Assembly: GCA_052327205.1 (NCBI GenBank)
Contig: CM126216.1
Coordinates: forward strand, 69,192,001-69,256,000
Origin: Somniosus microcephalus
Lineage: Eukaryota
Reading direction: 5' to 3'
Length of the DNA: 64,000 nucleotides
The notes under the pieces are model-generated. The model ran no database searches. It was given only the letters and a program-made list of their open reading frames with translations, and had not been told where the DNA came from. The first letter of the stretch is position 1, and every line of letters starts with the position of its first letter. Shown here piece after piece: positions 24,751 to 37,489 of the stretch. Made by a program: the position numbers and the translations under genes.

Positions 24751-25079
24751 GGAGTGATTTTAGCCTATTGCCATTCTGCCGAGATTTGCGCCAGTTTTTA
24801 ACCATTTAGAACTGACATACACTAGTGCACGAAAATTGGACCCCATATGATTAAAAACACTTTTGCTCCTTTGATAAATTGGCTCCGAACATTTCCTCAG
24901 TGTTTGCAGTTCTGAGCCATCACCACGCGTTACTAAAGTTGAACATGTCTCAGCCACAACATACCATCTGCGTGTAATTCTAGTTTGGTTATTTGATTTC
25001 AAGCCGTGCACTTTTTGTTGTTGCAGTGGGGCAGCTCAAGCAATTGCACTCAGTCCTTCCCATTTGTGGACGGTTGTTG

Positions 25080-25214
25080 TTGTTGGTGGTGGGTGGAGTC
25101 CCTTTCTGGGAATGCGAGCTGCGCCGAGCCGCTGACTGACGTGCGGAAGGGGCGGGTCAGGTGTCGCGGTGGCTGCGGAGCCGGAGCAGAGAGAACCCGG
25201 GGATAGCAGAGGCA
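25080..25214 (+). promoter_or_regulatory. SWAP70: SWAP70 CpG-rich proximal promoter / 5' UTR
   Basis: CpG-rich stretch just upstream of the ATG; adjacent TGACGT (25137-25142), CGGAAG (25144-25149) and GGGGCGGG (25149-25156). Confidence 0.65.
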
Positions 25215-25313
25215 ATGATGGCGCTTCGAGAGGAGCTGTTGAAAGTTATCTGGCATGCGTTCACTGCCCTGGATGTCGACAAATGCGGCAAGGTGTCCAA
25301 GTCCCAACTTAAG
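25215..25313 (+). CDS. SWAP70: SWAP70 coding exon 1 ([33 protein letters not shown])
   Basis: Matches the SWAP70/DEF6 N-terminal EF-hand-like region; 99 nt; ends at AAG|GCGAGT (GC donor). Start could be the second ATG at 25218. Confidence 0.93.
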
Positions 25314-25964
25314 GCGAGTTTGAGGCTCTTTCTGTTGAGTTGAGTTGTGCTGTGTTAGACTCCAGTTGCTGCCCTCCCCGGCCGAAGAGCTGCCAGTCTC
25401 TTCTTCTGCAGGCTGCTCCTGTGGGCTGACTCCTTTAATCTTACCTGTTTGTAAACACCATTTCCGTTTTCCGCCAAGGCTGTGGGACTTGGGATCTAAG
25501 ATCACAAATGGGATTTTGAAACCAAAAGTGGTTAAGATTCTTAAAGGAGTGACTCGATGTTTGAGTAAGTGTATTTGGTGAAAGCTGGGAGCTAAATCTG
25601 CCTTTGAAAGCGACCGGAGATCAACTGGGGGAGTTAATGCTTAACACTTCTAAGTAATTTTCAAAGTCCATTCACCAATCCGACTTTTTTTTCTGTAAAA
25701 TACAGCGGATTTAACAGTTATTTTGTCTTTATAGAAGGGTTCTTTTTAATGATCTAGGTTTTTGTGGGCCAAGAATAACGGGCTAATTTTCTGGCCAGTC
25801 TTCTCGTTTGCAGTGTTACTTTTTTTTTGGATGGTGTCCTATTTAAGGTACATTAAGGGATGGGCAGCTGCCAAGTATTGACAGTATTCCGTGTGCTGTC
25901 TGATATATTTAAATACCGACAGGGGGCGCCAACAAACCCTTAGGCTGTAGTGAGATTGTCTCTT

Positions 25965-27463
25965 GGGCTGGAATTTCCTGTGTGTTTGCGTCCAGAGACG
26001 CGTGTAATCGGGGCGTAAAGCAAACACACGGGGGAAAAATTCGGTATCGCCTCATTTGGGGCACCATTATTGGCAGTGCGCAAAGTTTAGCGCCTGGCGC
26101 TAATTATCGCCTCCGACAGCAAACTTGGCTTTTATCGCCCCTGGAGGTGATTGGAGCGCTAAATCAGGCGCTACACACCTCTCAAGGCGCTAAGGCCGAG
26201 GAGCGAGGCGCTACCTCAGAGGGCGGGCGAAGCTCATGTGATGTCAGTCAGCAATGGAACACAGACACACTGGCACCGGCCAGTTCTTAAAGGGGTGGGT
26301 TGATCTTGCTCTCCATCCACATCCTGCTCATTGCAGCCTTGAATCTCGGCCTGGAGAGACCTGTACATCAAATCTGCTGGAAAGAACAATGGAGAGACCC
26401 AAGGGAAGAGCTCAGAGTGCAGCCCCCACAATCTCTTCTAAATCGATACAAGGAAGGGCAAATCAAAATGAACCTGCAAATTACTGCTCAGTACCCAAAA
26501 CTCCTTCACACAGTGTTGAATCTCTCCAGAAGTCTCTCTCTCTCTCTCTCTCTCTCAGAATGCGCGGTGCAAAAATGTCACCAACAAAAAAAGGCAGGAA
26601 GTGGCCCCCTTTAAATAGCGCTCCCCCAGTCCCTTTCTGACTGCAGAACGCTCCCCTCAACCTGTCGTTGCTAGCGGCAGGCGGTAAGGCAGGGGGCGCC
26701 ACTCAATATCTGGTCCGAGGCGCTTCCGGGGCGTTGTGCACTCGACTGACGTCACGATCTGCCGGCGCAAGAGATCGTGGCGGTAGCGTTTAATGCCGCC
26801 GCAAAATGTCTAGTTAATTTTGCGAGAGGTGCAGATATCGCCGCGCCCGGGCGCTAGTTGCTTTGCGCCCCACTTGGCACCCTCTTAAGGCGCTAACGGG
26901 AGGCGCAAACAACTGAATTTTTCCCCCACGGTGTAAAATAGCGAGGAAGCCTGGACGTAAGGGCATTGCGCACCTAATTATGCTATAGCCGAATATCCTG
27001 GCTCCTTTGCACCCATCCATCGATCCTTGTGCCTGAATGCACAGCTCATTATAATGACTCTGCCCCCAGTCTAAAGAGCCACACACTCGAATTTCCTGGA
27101 ATTACGCTGGTTATATATTTCTTCTGACTGAGACTTGCACTGTATTTTCTGTGTTTTTGAATGCAATTAGTATAAGTCACATTAAAAAGTTTAAATGTTC
27201 CACAATTGCAGGTTCGTAAAGATGCTGTGCCCAATGTGCATAAATGAGAGTTAGATGACTTGAAACGTTAACTTTCATACTTAAAGAAGGAATACATGGT
27301 GTGAGTTTGGTGCTTTCCTTGGACCCTGATTATTATGTTCTGGTGTATGTTAATGAGATTGGTAGGAAATTTAGTTGTAAATAGATTTTGGCAAAATGGC
27401 TGCATGAATGGGCGTAATTTCAGTTGTAACTTCTCAATCATGCCCCAACAGGAAATTCAACCC
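25965..27463. mobile_element. Older Harbinger-type element hosting a younger MITE
   Basis: TIR-like ends GGGCTGGAATTTCCTG / CAGGAAATTCAACCC. Confidence 0.6.
26030..26927 (+). mobile_element. ~900-bp Harbinger-type non-autonomous element (family A, copy 1)
   Basis: TIRs GGGGGAAAAATTCGGT / ACTGAATTTTTCCCCC; probable CAC TSD. Reverse-orientation copies at 48896-49633 and 52485-55162. Confidence 0.85.
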
Positions 27464-28873
27464 CGTTAAAGAGTGTTTCACAACGAAGGGTTTACGTGCA
27501 TTCCATAGCTTCCTGAAATATATCGGTGCGTTTGTGTTGATGTGCACCCCAAACATAGAAACATAGAAGATAGGAACGGGAGTAGGCCATTTGACCCCTC
27601 AAGCCTGCTCTGCCAGTCAATGAGATCATGGCTGATCATCCAAACTCAGTACCCTGTCCACTTTCATCAATGGGCAAGTGGAAGTATAACTACACCCTTA
27701 ATTCCATCTTCTTTCTCTTCTGCCAGATAGCATATTTTAGAAATTATCTTTAGGATGTATAATAACTAATTCCATTCTATAATTTTAATAATTGTAACCA
27801 GCCCACCTCTCCTGTGATAATGTGTAACAAGGCCCCAGGTCCCATCCCTCTTTGCTGAGTTAGCTGACCTCAGCATGGCATTGAGGTGCCACAGTTGGCG
27901 TCAGTGCCTTCCACGATGGGGAGGGGAAAAATCAGCCAACTTTGTTTTTGCCACTTCAGTGACCCCTGCTGCAAAGGCCACACGTGGATGTTGAGGTTTG
28001 GGCTGAACTGTGATGCGTCATACAGCCAAATAGCCTGCCAACGTCTATGATCTTGACTTGCACCTGAAGAGTAACCACTTGAGTAGGGCACTGCAGGACT
28101 TGGTATGAGCTATTACTTTTAGGGGGGGAAGTAAAAATGAAAGAAACCATTGCCTTTCAAATGGAAATGAGGGGAAGGAAGAATATCTTGTTATTAAACT
28201 TGATTTTTAATCTCTAGCAAAGCACAGTAATAAATAACCAGTGCCAGGGAAGGCAATCAGACGGAATGAGACAATACTGCACATTGACACATATTCACGC
28301 GTGCTGGAAAACAAGTTCCTCCGTGGGGAGAATCAGTCAAGCAGAAACACATAAACACACAGAGTACCAGTCAGGTGCTGAGAGCATTTGGAGCACTACT
28401 GCAGCTGAGATCAGCTACCCCAGTATAGACTGGGGTTTGAACCTCAACCACCCTGGCCTGCATGAGTCACCTAAGCACCGGATAAACTTTTTGAGTCATA
28501 GAGGAGGCCCAGTTGTTAATCTGTTTTTGCCCTGTTTGTATCCTTGGGGCAGACTGGTATTCCATGAATAAAAGCATTAAAAGTTGTTGAGGATGTGTTG
28601 AACTTTGACTGTTTGTGTACTGTGAGTGACATGCATTGGTTTTGCTGGGAAAATTTGAGTGTCTTGAGGCTTTTTGGGTTAATCAAGTTGTGAGGTTTTT
28701 ATTGCGTATTTTTAACTGCCTGAATACTGCCTAGCGACACATGCAGAGTTGATTTGCTCCTCCTATTCATACTTTTTGTACTAATATACCATTCCACAGA
28801 TAATAGGAGCGCCCTGCTACTGCATCCAACTGCCCATTCTTCATATGTGAGCCTATACCGTGAGCGCCAGCAG

Positions 28874-31660
28874 TAGGGTTGCAAAGGGGTGGAAAGTTTC
28901 CGGTAAATTTCCGGAAATTTTCCACGGGAAGTTTAGCTTGGGAATTTTGCGCAAAAAAGCACATGCTAGCATAATATTGTTTTTTTTGTATTTCTTTTTT
29001 TTCCACAGGTCCTCTCTTAAAATTACTAACAGAGATGGAATCTTAATTATTAAGGAATTTCTTAATCAATATATGTTTATCTTCTTACTTGGCTTGTTTT
29101 AATAATTACAAGTTTTGTGTGTGACTGTGAACAAATGTGTCCTGATTGGGTGGATGAGCGATTAGCTCCCTCTATTTGTAATATTTGCATATCGAATTGT
29201 GATTGGCCTGCAGGCATCTGTAAGACTGCTGTAGTTTTTTAAGATCCAGGTTAGGGGGCCTGAGGGAAGTCATTTTGTTTTCTGCTGATGTTGTGATGAT
29301 GCAGTAAGTAAATCAGACTTTATACCAAATAAACCAGTTACTTGTTGAACTCTGTTGTCCTTCAATTTAAAATATACAAAATAATACACTATTGGTGATG
29401 TAGCGTCGTGTGTGTACAGGTCATGCTTCCATCACATGGAGCATCAGCAAAAATGTACTCACCCTGTTGCAATCGTGCTGATCGACCGCAGTTCGACACA
29501 GAGATGAATGCCCTTTATTTCTCTGCATAGAACAATGCCACGTTTACCGTCGGATGTGTGGAAGCATTTTACCCCAGGCATTAAAGATGGAAAGACTGTG
29601 TACATGTGCAAACACTGTAGAAAGCCATATGTAAAGAAAGCCACAAAGATGCAGCAGCATTTATCCAAATGCAACAACTTCACTCAAAGCTCACAGCAGT
29701 CAGCCCAGAGTTCCTCTGCTTTCATTCAAGAAGATGATGGTTCTCATTCAGCATCAGGCTCCTTATCATCAGCAACTCCTGGCCCACTTGGAAGGTTCTT
29801 TGATACAATGGATAACCATAGCCAGAAGAATGCAGATGAGTGCCTTGCTCGAGCTGTATATGCAACAGGCTCACCCCTCATGCTCACAGCCAATGTGTAC
29901 TGGAAGAGATTTTTCAATGTTATTTGCCCTGCATACTGTCCTCCCACCAGACATGCTTTGTCTACTTATTTGCTGGAGGCTGAGTATAACAGAGTCCAAG
30001 GAAAGCTCAAAGAAACGATAGCGATGGCAGACTGTGGTGCAGTTATCTCAGATGGGTGGTCAAATGTACGAGGGGAGGGCATCATAAACTACATCGTCTC
30101 CACTCCTCTCCCAGTGTTCTTCAAGAGCACAGACACGAAGGACAACAGACACACAGGCACATACATTGCTGATGAGCTGAAAGCGGTCATCAACGATCTT
30201 GGATCACAAAAGGTCTTTGCAGTAGTTACTGACAATGCTGCGAATATGAAGGTTGCTTGGGCTCAAGGGGAGGAGGCCTACCCTCATATTACGTCTATTG
30301 GGTGCGCAGCTCATGGGCTTAACTTGCTCCTCAAGGACATCATGGGTTTGAGAACCATGGAAGCACTGTACTAGAGAGCCAAGCAAGTTGTTAAGTATGT
30401 CAGGGGAAAACAGGTAGTTGCAGCAACCTACAACTCCAAGCAAATGACAAAGAACAAGAACACCACACTGAAGCTGCCCAACAACACTAGATGGGGTGGT
30501 GTTGTCATAATGTACAACAGCCTTCTGGAGGGTAAGGAGTCGCTGCAAGAAATGGCAATATCCCAGTCTGGGGATATGGAAACCACCATCAAGAAAATAC
30601 TGCTGGATGATGTGTTTTGGGAGAGAGTGGTTAGCAGCCTTAAACTACTCTCACCAGTAGCATCTGCAATTGCTCAGATTGAAGGAGATGACGCTGTCTT
30701 GTCAGATGTTCTCAGGCTTTTTACTGATTTAAAAGAACAAATCAGCATTGCCCTACCTACATCCCTGCTGCTCAAAGCAGAGGAGAAGGCAATTGTTCAA
30801 TTCATACAGACGCGTCAAGAATTTTGTGTCGAGCCGATTCATGCTGCAGCATACATGCTGGACCCAAAGCTTGTTGGGAGACCAATACTTTCTGGAGAAC
30901 AGATCAACAGCGCTTACAGTGTGATTTCTACCCTCTCACACCATCTCAATCTGGATGTGGGCAAAGTTCTGGGAAGTCTGGCAAAGTTCTCTACCAAGCA
31001 AGGTCTTTGGAATGGGGATGGGATATGGGAATCATGCAAGCATATCAGTGCACATACCTGGTGGAAGGGACTTTGTGCATCTGAGGCCCTGTCACCTATT
31101 GCATCGGTGATACTCCAAATCCCACCTTCATCAGCGGCCTCTGAACGAAACTGGTCACTTTTTGGGAATACGCATACAAAGGTGCGCAACAGGCTGACTA
31201 ACAAGAGAGTGGAGAAACTGGTGGCTATCTGGGCGAACCTACAACTTATTGAGCCAGATACAGAAGTGTCCACCACACAGCTAGACACTGACGCAGAGGA
31301 GGAAATGGACACGTCAGAGCCAGAGTCAGAGAATCAGGAGGAGCAATGATGAGTAGAAGACTCAGAAGACTCCTGAGTAGAAGACTCAAAGGGACAAAAT
31401 AAGGACAAATTACAGGCTAAATAAGCTGACGCTCTTTATTTTATTTTAGATGGGTCTTTTTTGTGGGGGTTCAATAAAGTTCAAAATTATAACCTAAATA
31501 AAGTTTTGAAAGCCTGTTTTTATTTGTATGGAACAGTATGTCTATTTTGATGACAAAGATAATATAAGGGTCAGAGACAAAAACCATCAGTGTGCAAAAA
31601 AACTCAAAATTCCCATGGAAAGTTTCCTCTTTTAAAAATTCCCAGAATTTTGCAACCCTA
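28874..31660 (+). mobile_element. Full-length hAT DNA transposon (2787 bp)
   Basis: Perfect TIRs TAGGGTTGCAAA / TTTGCAACCCTA; perfect 8-bp TSD GCCAGCAG (28866-28873, 31661-31668); GGAAA/TTTCC subterminal repeats; internal transposase. Confidence 0.97.
29535..31349 (+). pseudogene. hAT transposase, ~604 codons, one in-frame TAG at 30372-30374
   Basis: The two ORF-track ORFs share a frame and are open across the gap after the TAG. BED finger (VWKHF..CKHC..HLSKC), ISDGWSN, VTDNAANM, CAAH, TRW, and SAASERNWS in the C-terminal dimerisation region. Confidence 0.93.
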
Positions 31661-32325
31661 GCCAGCAGGCTTAAATACTAAGATAATTCGAGCGCTATTT
31701 TATACAAGACACCTGTAAACATAACCTGCCCCCATTTTAGGACAGCCAGCCCACAAAGTATTTGAAGCAAATTTCTTAACCTAAGTCTGACATTTAGAAT
31801 GATTAATAATGTGGAACAATTGTTAGGCAGCTGCAGAAAAATAACTGGTTTCGAAAAAATACTAGAAGTCAAGGTGGATACGTTATTGTGTGCTGATGGA
31901 CTGTTGACGGAGCAGTTAGAAATACAATGGCAGCCAGCATGGATCTGTTTAAAAACAAGTCCCGTTTGACAAATTTGTGTTTTTTGAAGAAGCGACCAAT
32001 TAATGAATAAAGGGAATGCAGTAGATGTAGTGCATATGATTTCCAGAAGTATTCAACAAGATGTCTCACGGGTTGTTACAAAAATTCAGGCCTGTGAGTT
32101 AGGAGCAAACCTAACAGTATGGATGGAAAATTGAAGTGGGATGGGGAAAAGGTAAAGCTAATGGGTGTTTCTTGGATTGGAGAAGGATTGGAAATGGTAT
32201 ACCCCCGGGGTCAGTGCCGGCTCCACTTTTGTTCTGAGTATATATAGATGATTTGGCCTTGGACTTGGGAAGCATGTCCATCAAAATGTTTTGATGGCAC
32301 AAAACAGCAAGGAGGACTGTAAAAG

Positions 32326-35300
32326 AAACATACATAGAAACATAGAAGATAGGAGCAGGAGTAGGCCATTCGGCCCCTCGAGCCTGTTCCGCCATTTAAT
32401 GAGATCATGGCTGATCATCCAAATTCAGTACCCTGTACCTGCTTTCTCCCCATATCCCTTGATCCCTTTAGCCTTAAGAAATATATCTAACTCCTTGAAT
32501 ATATTTAATAAGTTGGCCTCAACTGCCTTGTGTGGTAGAGAATTCCACAGGTTCACGACTCTCTGGGTGAAGAAATTCCTCCTCGTCTCAGTCCTAAATG
32601 GCTTACCCCTTATCTTTAGAATGTGACCCCTGGTTCTGGACTCCCCCGCCATCGGGAACATCCTTCCTGCATCTAGTCTGTCTAGTCCAGTTAGAATTTT
32701 ATAAGTTTCAATGAGATCCCCTCTCATTCTTCTAAACTCTAGCGAATATAAGCCTAATCGACCCAATGGCCTGCTCCTGCTCCTATCTCTTCATACGTCA
32801 TTCCTGCCATCCCAGGTATCAGTCTGGTGAATCTTTGCTGCACTTCTTCCATGGCAAGAACATCCTTCCTCAGATAAGGTGACCAAAACTGCACACAATA
32901 CTCAAGGTGTGGTCTCACCAAGGCCCTGTACAACTGCAGCAAGACATCCTTGCTCCTGTACTCGAATCCTCTCGCTATGAAGGCCAACATACCATTTGCC
33001 TTCTTAACCGCCTGCTGCACCTGCATGCTTACCTTCAGCGACTGGTGCACAAGGACACCCAGGTCTCGTTGCACTTCCCCTTTCCCCAATCTATTGCCGT
33101 TCAGATAATCTGTCTTCCTGTTTTTGCCACCAAAGTGGATAACCTCGCATTTATCCACATTATAATGCATCTGCCCAATCACCCAACCTGTCCAAATCAG
33201 AATGGAGTTTCTCTGCATCCTCCTCACAACACATACGCCCACCCAGCTTTGTGTCATCTGCAAACTTGGAGATATTACATCTAGTTCCCTCATCTAGATC
33301 ATGAATATATATTGTGAATAGCTGGGGTCCTAGCACCGATCCCTGCGGTACCCCACTAGTCACTGCCTGCCACTCGGAAAAAGACCCGTTTATTCCAACT
33401 CTTTGCTTCCTGTCTGCCAACCAGTTCTCTATCCAAGTCAGTACCTTACCCCCAATCCCATGTGCTTTAACTTTGCATGCCAATCTCTTACGCGGGACCT
33501 TATCGAAAGCCTTTTGAAAGTCCAAATACACCACATCCACTGGCTCTCCCTTATCTATTCTACCAGTTACATCCTCAAAAAATTCCAGTAGATTAGTCGA
33601 GCACGATTTACCTTTTGTAAATCCATGTTGACTTTGTCCGATCCGGTCACTGTTTTCCAAGTGCTCTGTTATTACATCATTTATAATGGACTCTAGCATT
33701 TTCTCCACTACCGATGTCAGGCTTACCGGTCTATACTTCCCCGTTTTCTCTCTACCACCTTTTTTAAATAGTGGGATTACATTAGCAACCATCCAATTCA
33801 TGGGAACTATTCCAGAGCCTATAGAATTTTGGAAGGTGACCAGCAATGCATCTACTATTTCTAGGGCCACTTCCTTAAGTACCCTAGGATGTAGATTATC
33901 AGGCCCTGGGAATTTATCGACCTTCAATGCCGTCAATTTCCCTAACACCATTTCCCTACAAATACTGATTTCATTCAATTCCTCCCTCTCATTAGATCCT
34001 ATGTTCCCCAACATCTCTGGAAGGTTATTTGTGTCCTCCTTTGTGAAGACAGAACCAAAGTATGTATTTAATTGGTTTGCCATTTCTTTGTTCCCCATTA
34101 TAAATTCCCATGATTCTGACTACAAGGGACCTACGCTTGACTTCACCAGTCTTTTTCTCTTCACATATCTACAGAAGCTTTTACAGTCAGTTTTTATGTT
34201 CCCTGAAAGCTTACTCTCATATTCTATTTTCCCCCTCTTAATTAATTCCTTTGTCCTCCTTTGCTGAATCCTAAACTGCTCCCAATCCTCAGGTTTGCTG
34301 CTTTTTCTGGCCAATTTATTTGTCTTCTCCTTGGATCTTATGCTATCCCTAATTTCCCTTGTTAGCCATGGTTGAGTCACCTTTTTTGTTTTATTTTTAT
34401 GCCAAACAGGGATGAACAAATTCTGTAGTTCATCCATGTGATCTTTGAATGGTTGCCATTGCCTATCCACCATCAACCCTTTAAGTAACGTTCCCCAATC
34501 CATCCTAGCCAACTTGCGCCTCATACCATCGTAGTTTCCTTTATTTAAATTCGGGACCCTAGTCTCTGAGTCAACTACTTCACTCTCCATTTTAATGAAG
34601 AATTCTATCATATTATGATCGCTCTACCCGAAGGGGCCTTGCAAAACAACATTGCTAATTAATCCTTTCTCATTACATAATACCCAGTCTAAGATGGCCT
34701 GATCTCTGGTTGGTTCCTCGACGTATTGGTCTAGGAAACCATCTCGTATACACTCTAGGAATTCCTCCTCCACAGTATTGTTACTAATTTAATTAGCCCA
34801 ATCTATATGTAGATTAAAGTCGCCCATGATAACTGCTGTGCCCTTATTGCACGCATCTCTAGTTGCCCGTTTAATGCCATCCCCAACCTCAGCATTACTG
34901 TTTGGGGGTCTGTATACAACTCCCACTAACGTTTTCTGCCCCTTGGTATTTCTCAGCTCTACCCATACAGATTCCACATCATCAGAGCTAATACCCTTCC
35001 TTACTATTGTGTTAATCTCCTCTTTAACTAGCAATGCTACCCCACCTCCTTTTCTTTTTTGCCTGTCATTCCTGAATATTGAATACCCCTGGATGTTGAA
35101 TTCCCAGCCTTTGTCACCCTGGAGCCATGTCTCCGTAATTCCAATTAAATCATATCCGTTTGCATCTATTTGCGCAGCTAATTCATCCACCTTATTACGA
35201 ATGCTCCTCGCATTAAGACACAAAGCCTTCAGGCTTGTTTTTTAACATTCTTAGTCCTTTTAGAATTATTATTTACTGTAGCCCTGTTTGATTTACACCC

Positions 35301-35437
35301 TTGATTTCTCTGCCTTCCACTTTTGCTTTTCTCCTTCCTGTCTTTTGTTTCTATCCTTGCTTCCCTTTCCTCTGTCTCGCTGCACAGGTTCCCAACCCCC
35401 TGCCATTTTAGTTTAAACCCTCCCCAACAGCACTAGC
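32326..35437 (-). mobile_element. CR1 LINE with essentially complete but disrupted ORF2 (APE endonuclease + RT)
   Basis: CLNARSIRNK, ITETW, GGGV, GDFN; YRPVSLTS, LDFQKAFDKV, GVPQGSVLGP, KFADDTK. Several stops; repeated TTTCTATG tail; 5' end appears to be the last codons of ORF1. Confidence 0.95.
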
Positions 35438-35796
35438 TGGGGGACATAGACAAGCTGGCAGAATGGGCAGACAGGTAGCAGATACAATTTAACGTGGAAA
35501 AGTGTAAGTTATATTTTGGGAGAAAAAACAAAGTATGGGTGTGGAAAGATGCTAGATACCTGGGAATTCAAATACATAATTCTCTGAAATTGCGAGTCTG
35601 GGAGATAAAGCCATTAAAAAGGCCAATTGCATTTTATAAATAGGGACATGGAGTACAAGAGAAACAAAGTAATAACAAAATTATACAAGTGTGCAGATTT
35701 GGGAGGCCCATTCCATAAATGACCATAAAGCCATAGAGCTCATACTGTGTCAATTCCAGCATGATGCCAGACTAGGAGACTATAGTTATGAGGAGA

Positions 35797-36283
35797 AACT
35801 CAACACCATCCAAGACAAAGTAGCCTGCTTAATTGGCAATCCATCCACCACCTCAGCCCGCTTAATTGGCAACCCATCAACCACCTTAAACATTCATTTC
35901 CTCCACCACCAGCGTACTGTGGCTGCAGTGTGGACCATCTACAAGATGCACTGCAGCAACTCGCCAAGGCTTCTTTGGCAGCACCTCCCAAAACCGTGAC
36001 CTCTTCCACCTAGAAGGACAAGGGCAGCAGGTGCATGGGAACACCACCACCTCCAAGTTCCCCTCCAAGTCACACACCATCCTGACTTAGAAGTATATCG
36101 CCGTTCCTTCATCGTCACTGGGTCAAAATCCTGGAACTCCCTCCCAAACATCACTGTGGGAGTACCATCAATACACTGACTGCAGCGGTTCAAGAAGGCA
36201 GCTCACCATCACCTTCTCCAAGGCAACTAGGGATGGGCAATAAATGATGGCCCACATCCCAGGAACGAATATAAAAAAAAATT
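35797..36283 (+). mobile_element. CR1/L2-clade LINE 3' fragment
   Basis: Same family as 16655-18056; contains a ~33-bp tandem duplication (LIGNPSTT twice) and an A-rich end. Confidence 0.8.
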
Positions 36284-36935
36284 CTGGGATTATTTTAACT
36301 GGAGCAGAAACACCCGAGAGGAGATTTAATAGAGGTTTTTTAAAAAACTGATGGGCGATAGGGTGAATAAGGAAAGACTATTTTCTATGTTTGGAGTGTC
36401 AGTAATGTTGGATTATCAATTTAAAGTTGTGAGGAGAGAGGTTAGTAATTATTTCTTTACACTGGGAGTTGATGGAACAGTGAATGCTTTGCCACAGGGA
36501 GGAGCTGAGGCAGAGACCATTATGTCTTTTAAGGAAAAATAGATAAATATTTGAAGCAGAAGAAGGTAGAGGACTATGGGGAAGAGAATAAGATTTTGGG
36601 TTTTAGTTTTGGATGGTTCTAGAAAAGATTGACGGACGTGATAGGCAAAATGGTCTTCTACTGTGTTATAAGCTTCTTTGGTTCTATAGCCGTCTTCTTT
36701 CGTATGGTAGTAGCAAAGCAAATCAAATGTCAATATCTAAGTCAGATATCCAGGCCAAAGCTTCCAGTTCTAGAGTACAGTGCCACTGTGCCAGAGGGGG
36801 CAGTGATGCAGTCTTAAATCTACTGCCAGATTGTACAGCCATAAACCAGAATTGATGGTATAAATCTGCCGCTGAATTGAGTCTTGTTATGCCGGTGTAG
36901 TTTTCTCATATGTAAATCCGCTCCGCTTGTATATA

Positions 36936-37489
36936 CAGGTAGACTACCCTTTATCCGAACTTCCGAAAACCGAAACCCTCTAAAAACCGAAGGTTTTTTC
37001 GTTCAGCGTAAGTCGTGCGCACGACATGACCAGAGTGGCGCACGACTTACGCTGAGCAGGGCAGAGGGTCACTGAGTTCCCTCCTGGGTCGGAGATTGCA
37101 GGCCGAGCCGGGCAGTGTGAAGGAGGTATACCGGGAGAGTGAACCCAACAATACAGCGGCCCGTCCGATAGCTGCAGCGGCCTGTCCGATATTCTTTTCT
37201 CCCCCCCCCGACCCCCCGCCGACCCCCACCCTTTCGGATAAGGGATAGTGTATCCTTTATCCGCACTTCCGAAAACCGAAATCCTCTGAAAACCGAAAGT
37301 GTTTTCATTCAGCTTAAGTCGTGCGCACGCCCCTGACCCCCACCCCACCGACCCCCACCCCCGACCCCCCGCCGACCCCTACCCCCGACAAATTTCCCAG
37401 TCTTATAAAATACCTTCCGAAATCCGAAATTTTCCGAAAACCGAAACACGGCTGGTCCCGAGGTTTTCGGATAAAGGATAGTCTACCTG
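36936..37489. mobile_element. Tc1/mariner (pogo/Tigger-like) MITE with composite structure
   Basis: TA|CAGGTAGACTACCCTTTATCCGAA ... TTCGGATAAAGGATAGTCTACCTG|TA: 24-bp TIR with 1 mismatch, TA TSD. Confidence 0.9.

Larger units (their letters stand above)
31880..36690 (+). mobile_element. Old CR1 fragment hosting two younger LINE insertions
   Basis: Decayed RT at 31880-32325; resumes at 35438 (gggacatagacaagctggcagaatggg) and again after 36285. Confidence 0.65.

Noticed and set aside
26254-26702. Recurring short ORFs (MAPPALPPAA..., MNLQI.AQYPK) also at 48897-49356 and 54378-54681
   Set aside because: They recur because they lie in copies of one non-autonomous element; frames are not preserved between copies.
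29508-31349. Domesticated ZBED-like host gene or two separate genes
   Set aside because: Intact TIRs and TSD plus an internal stop indicate a single transposon copy.
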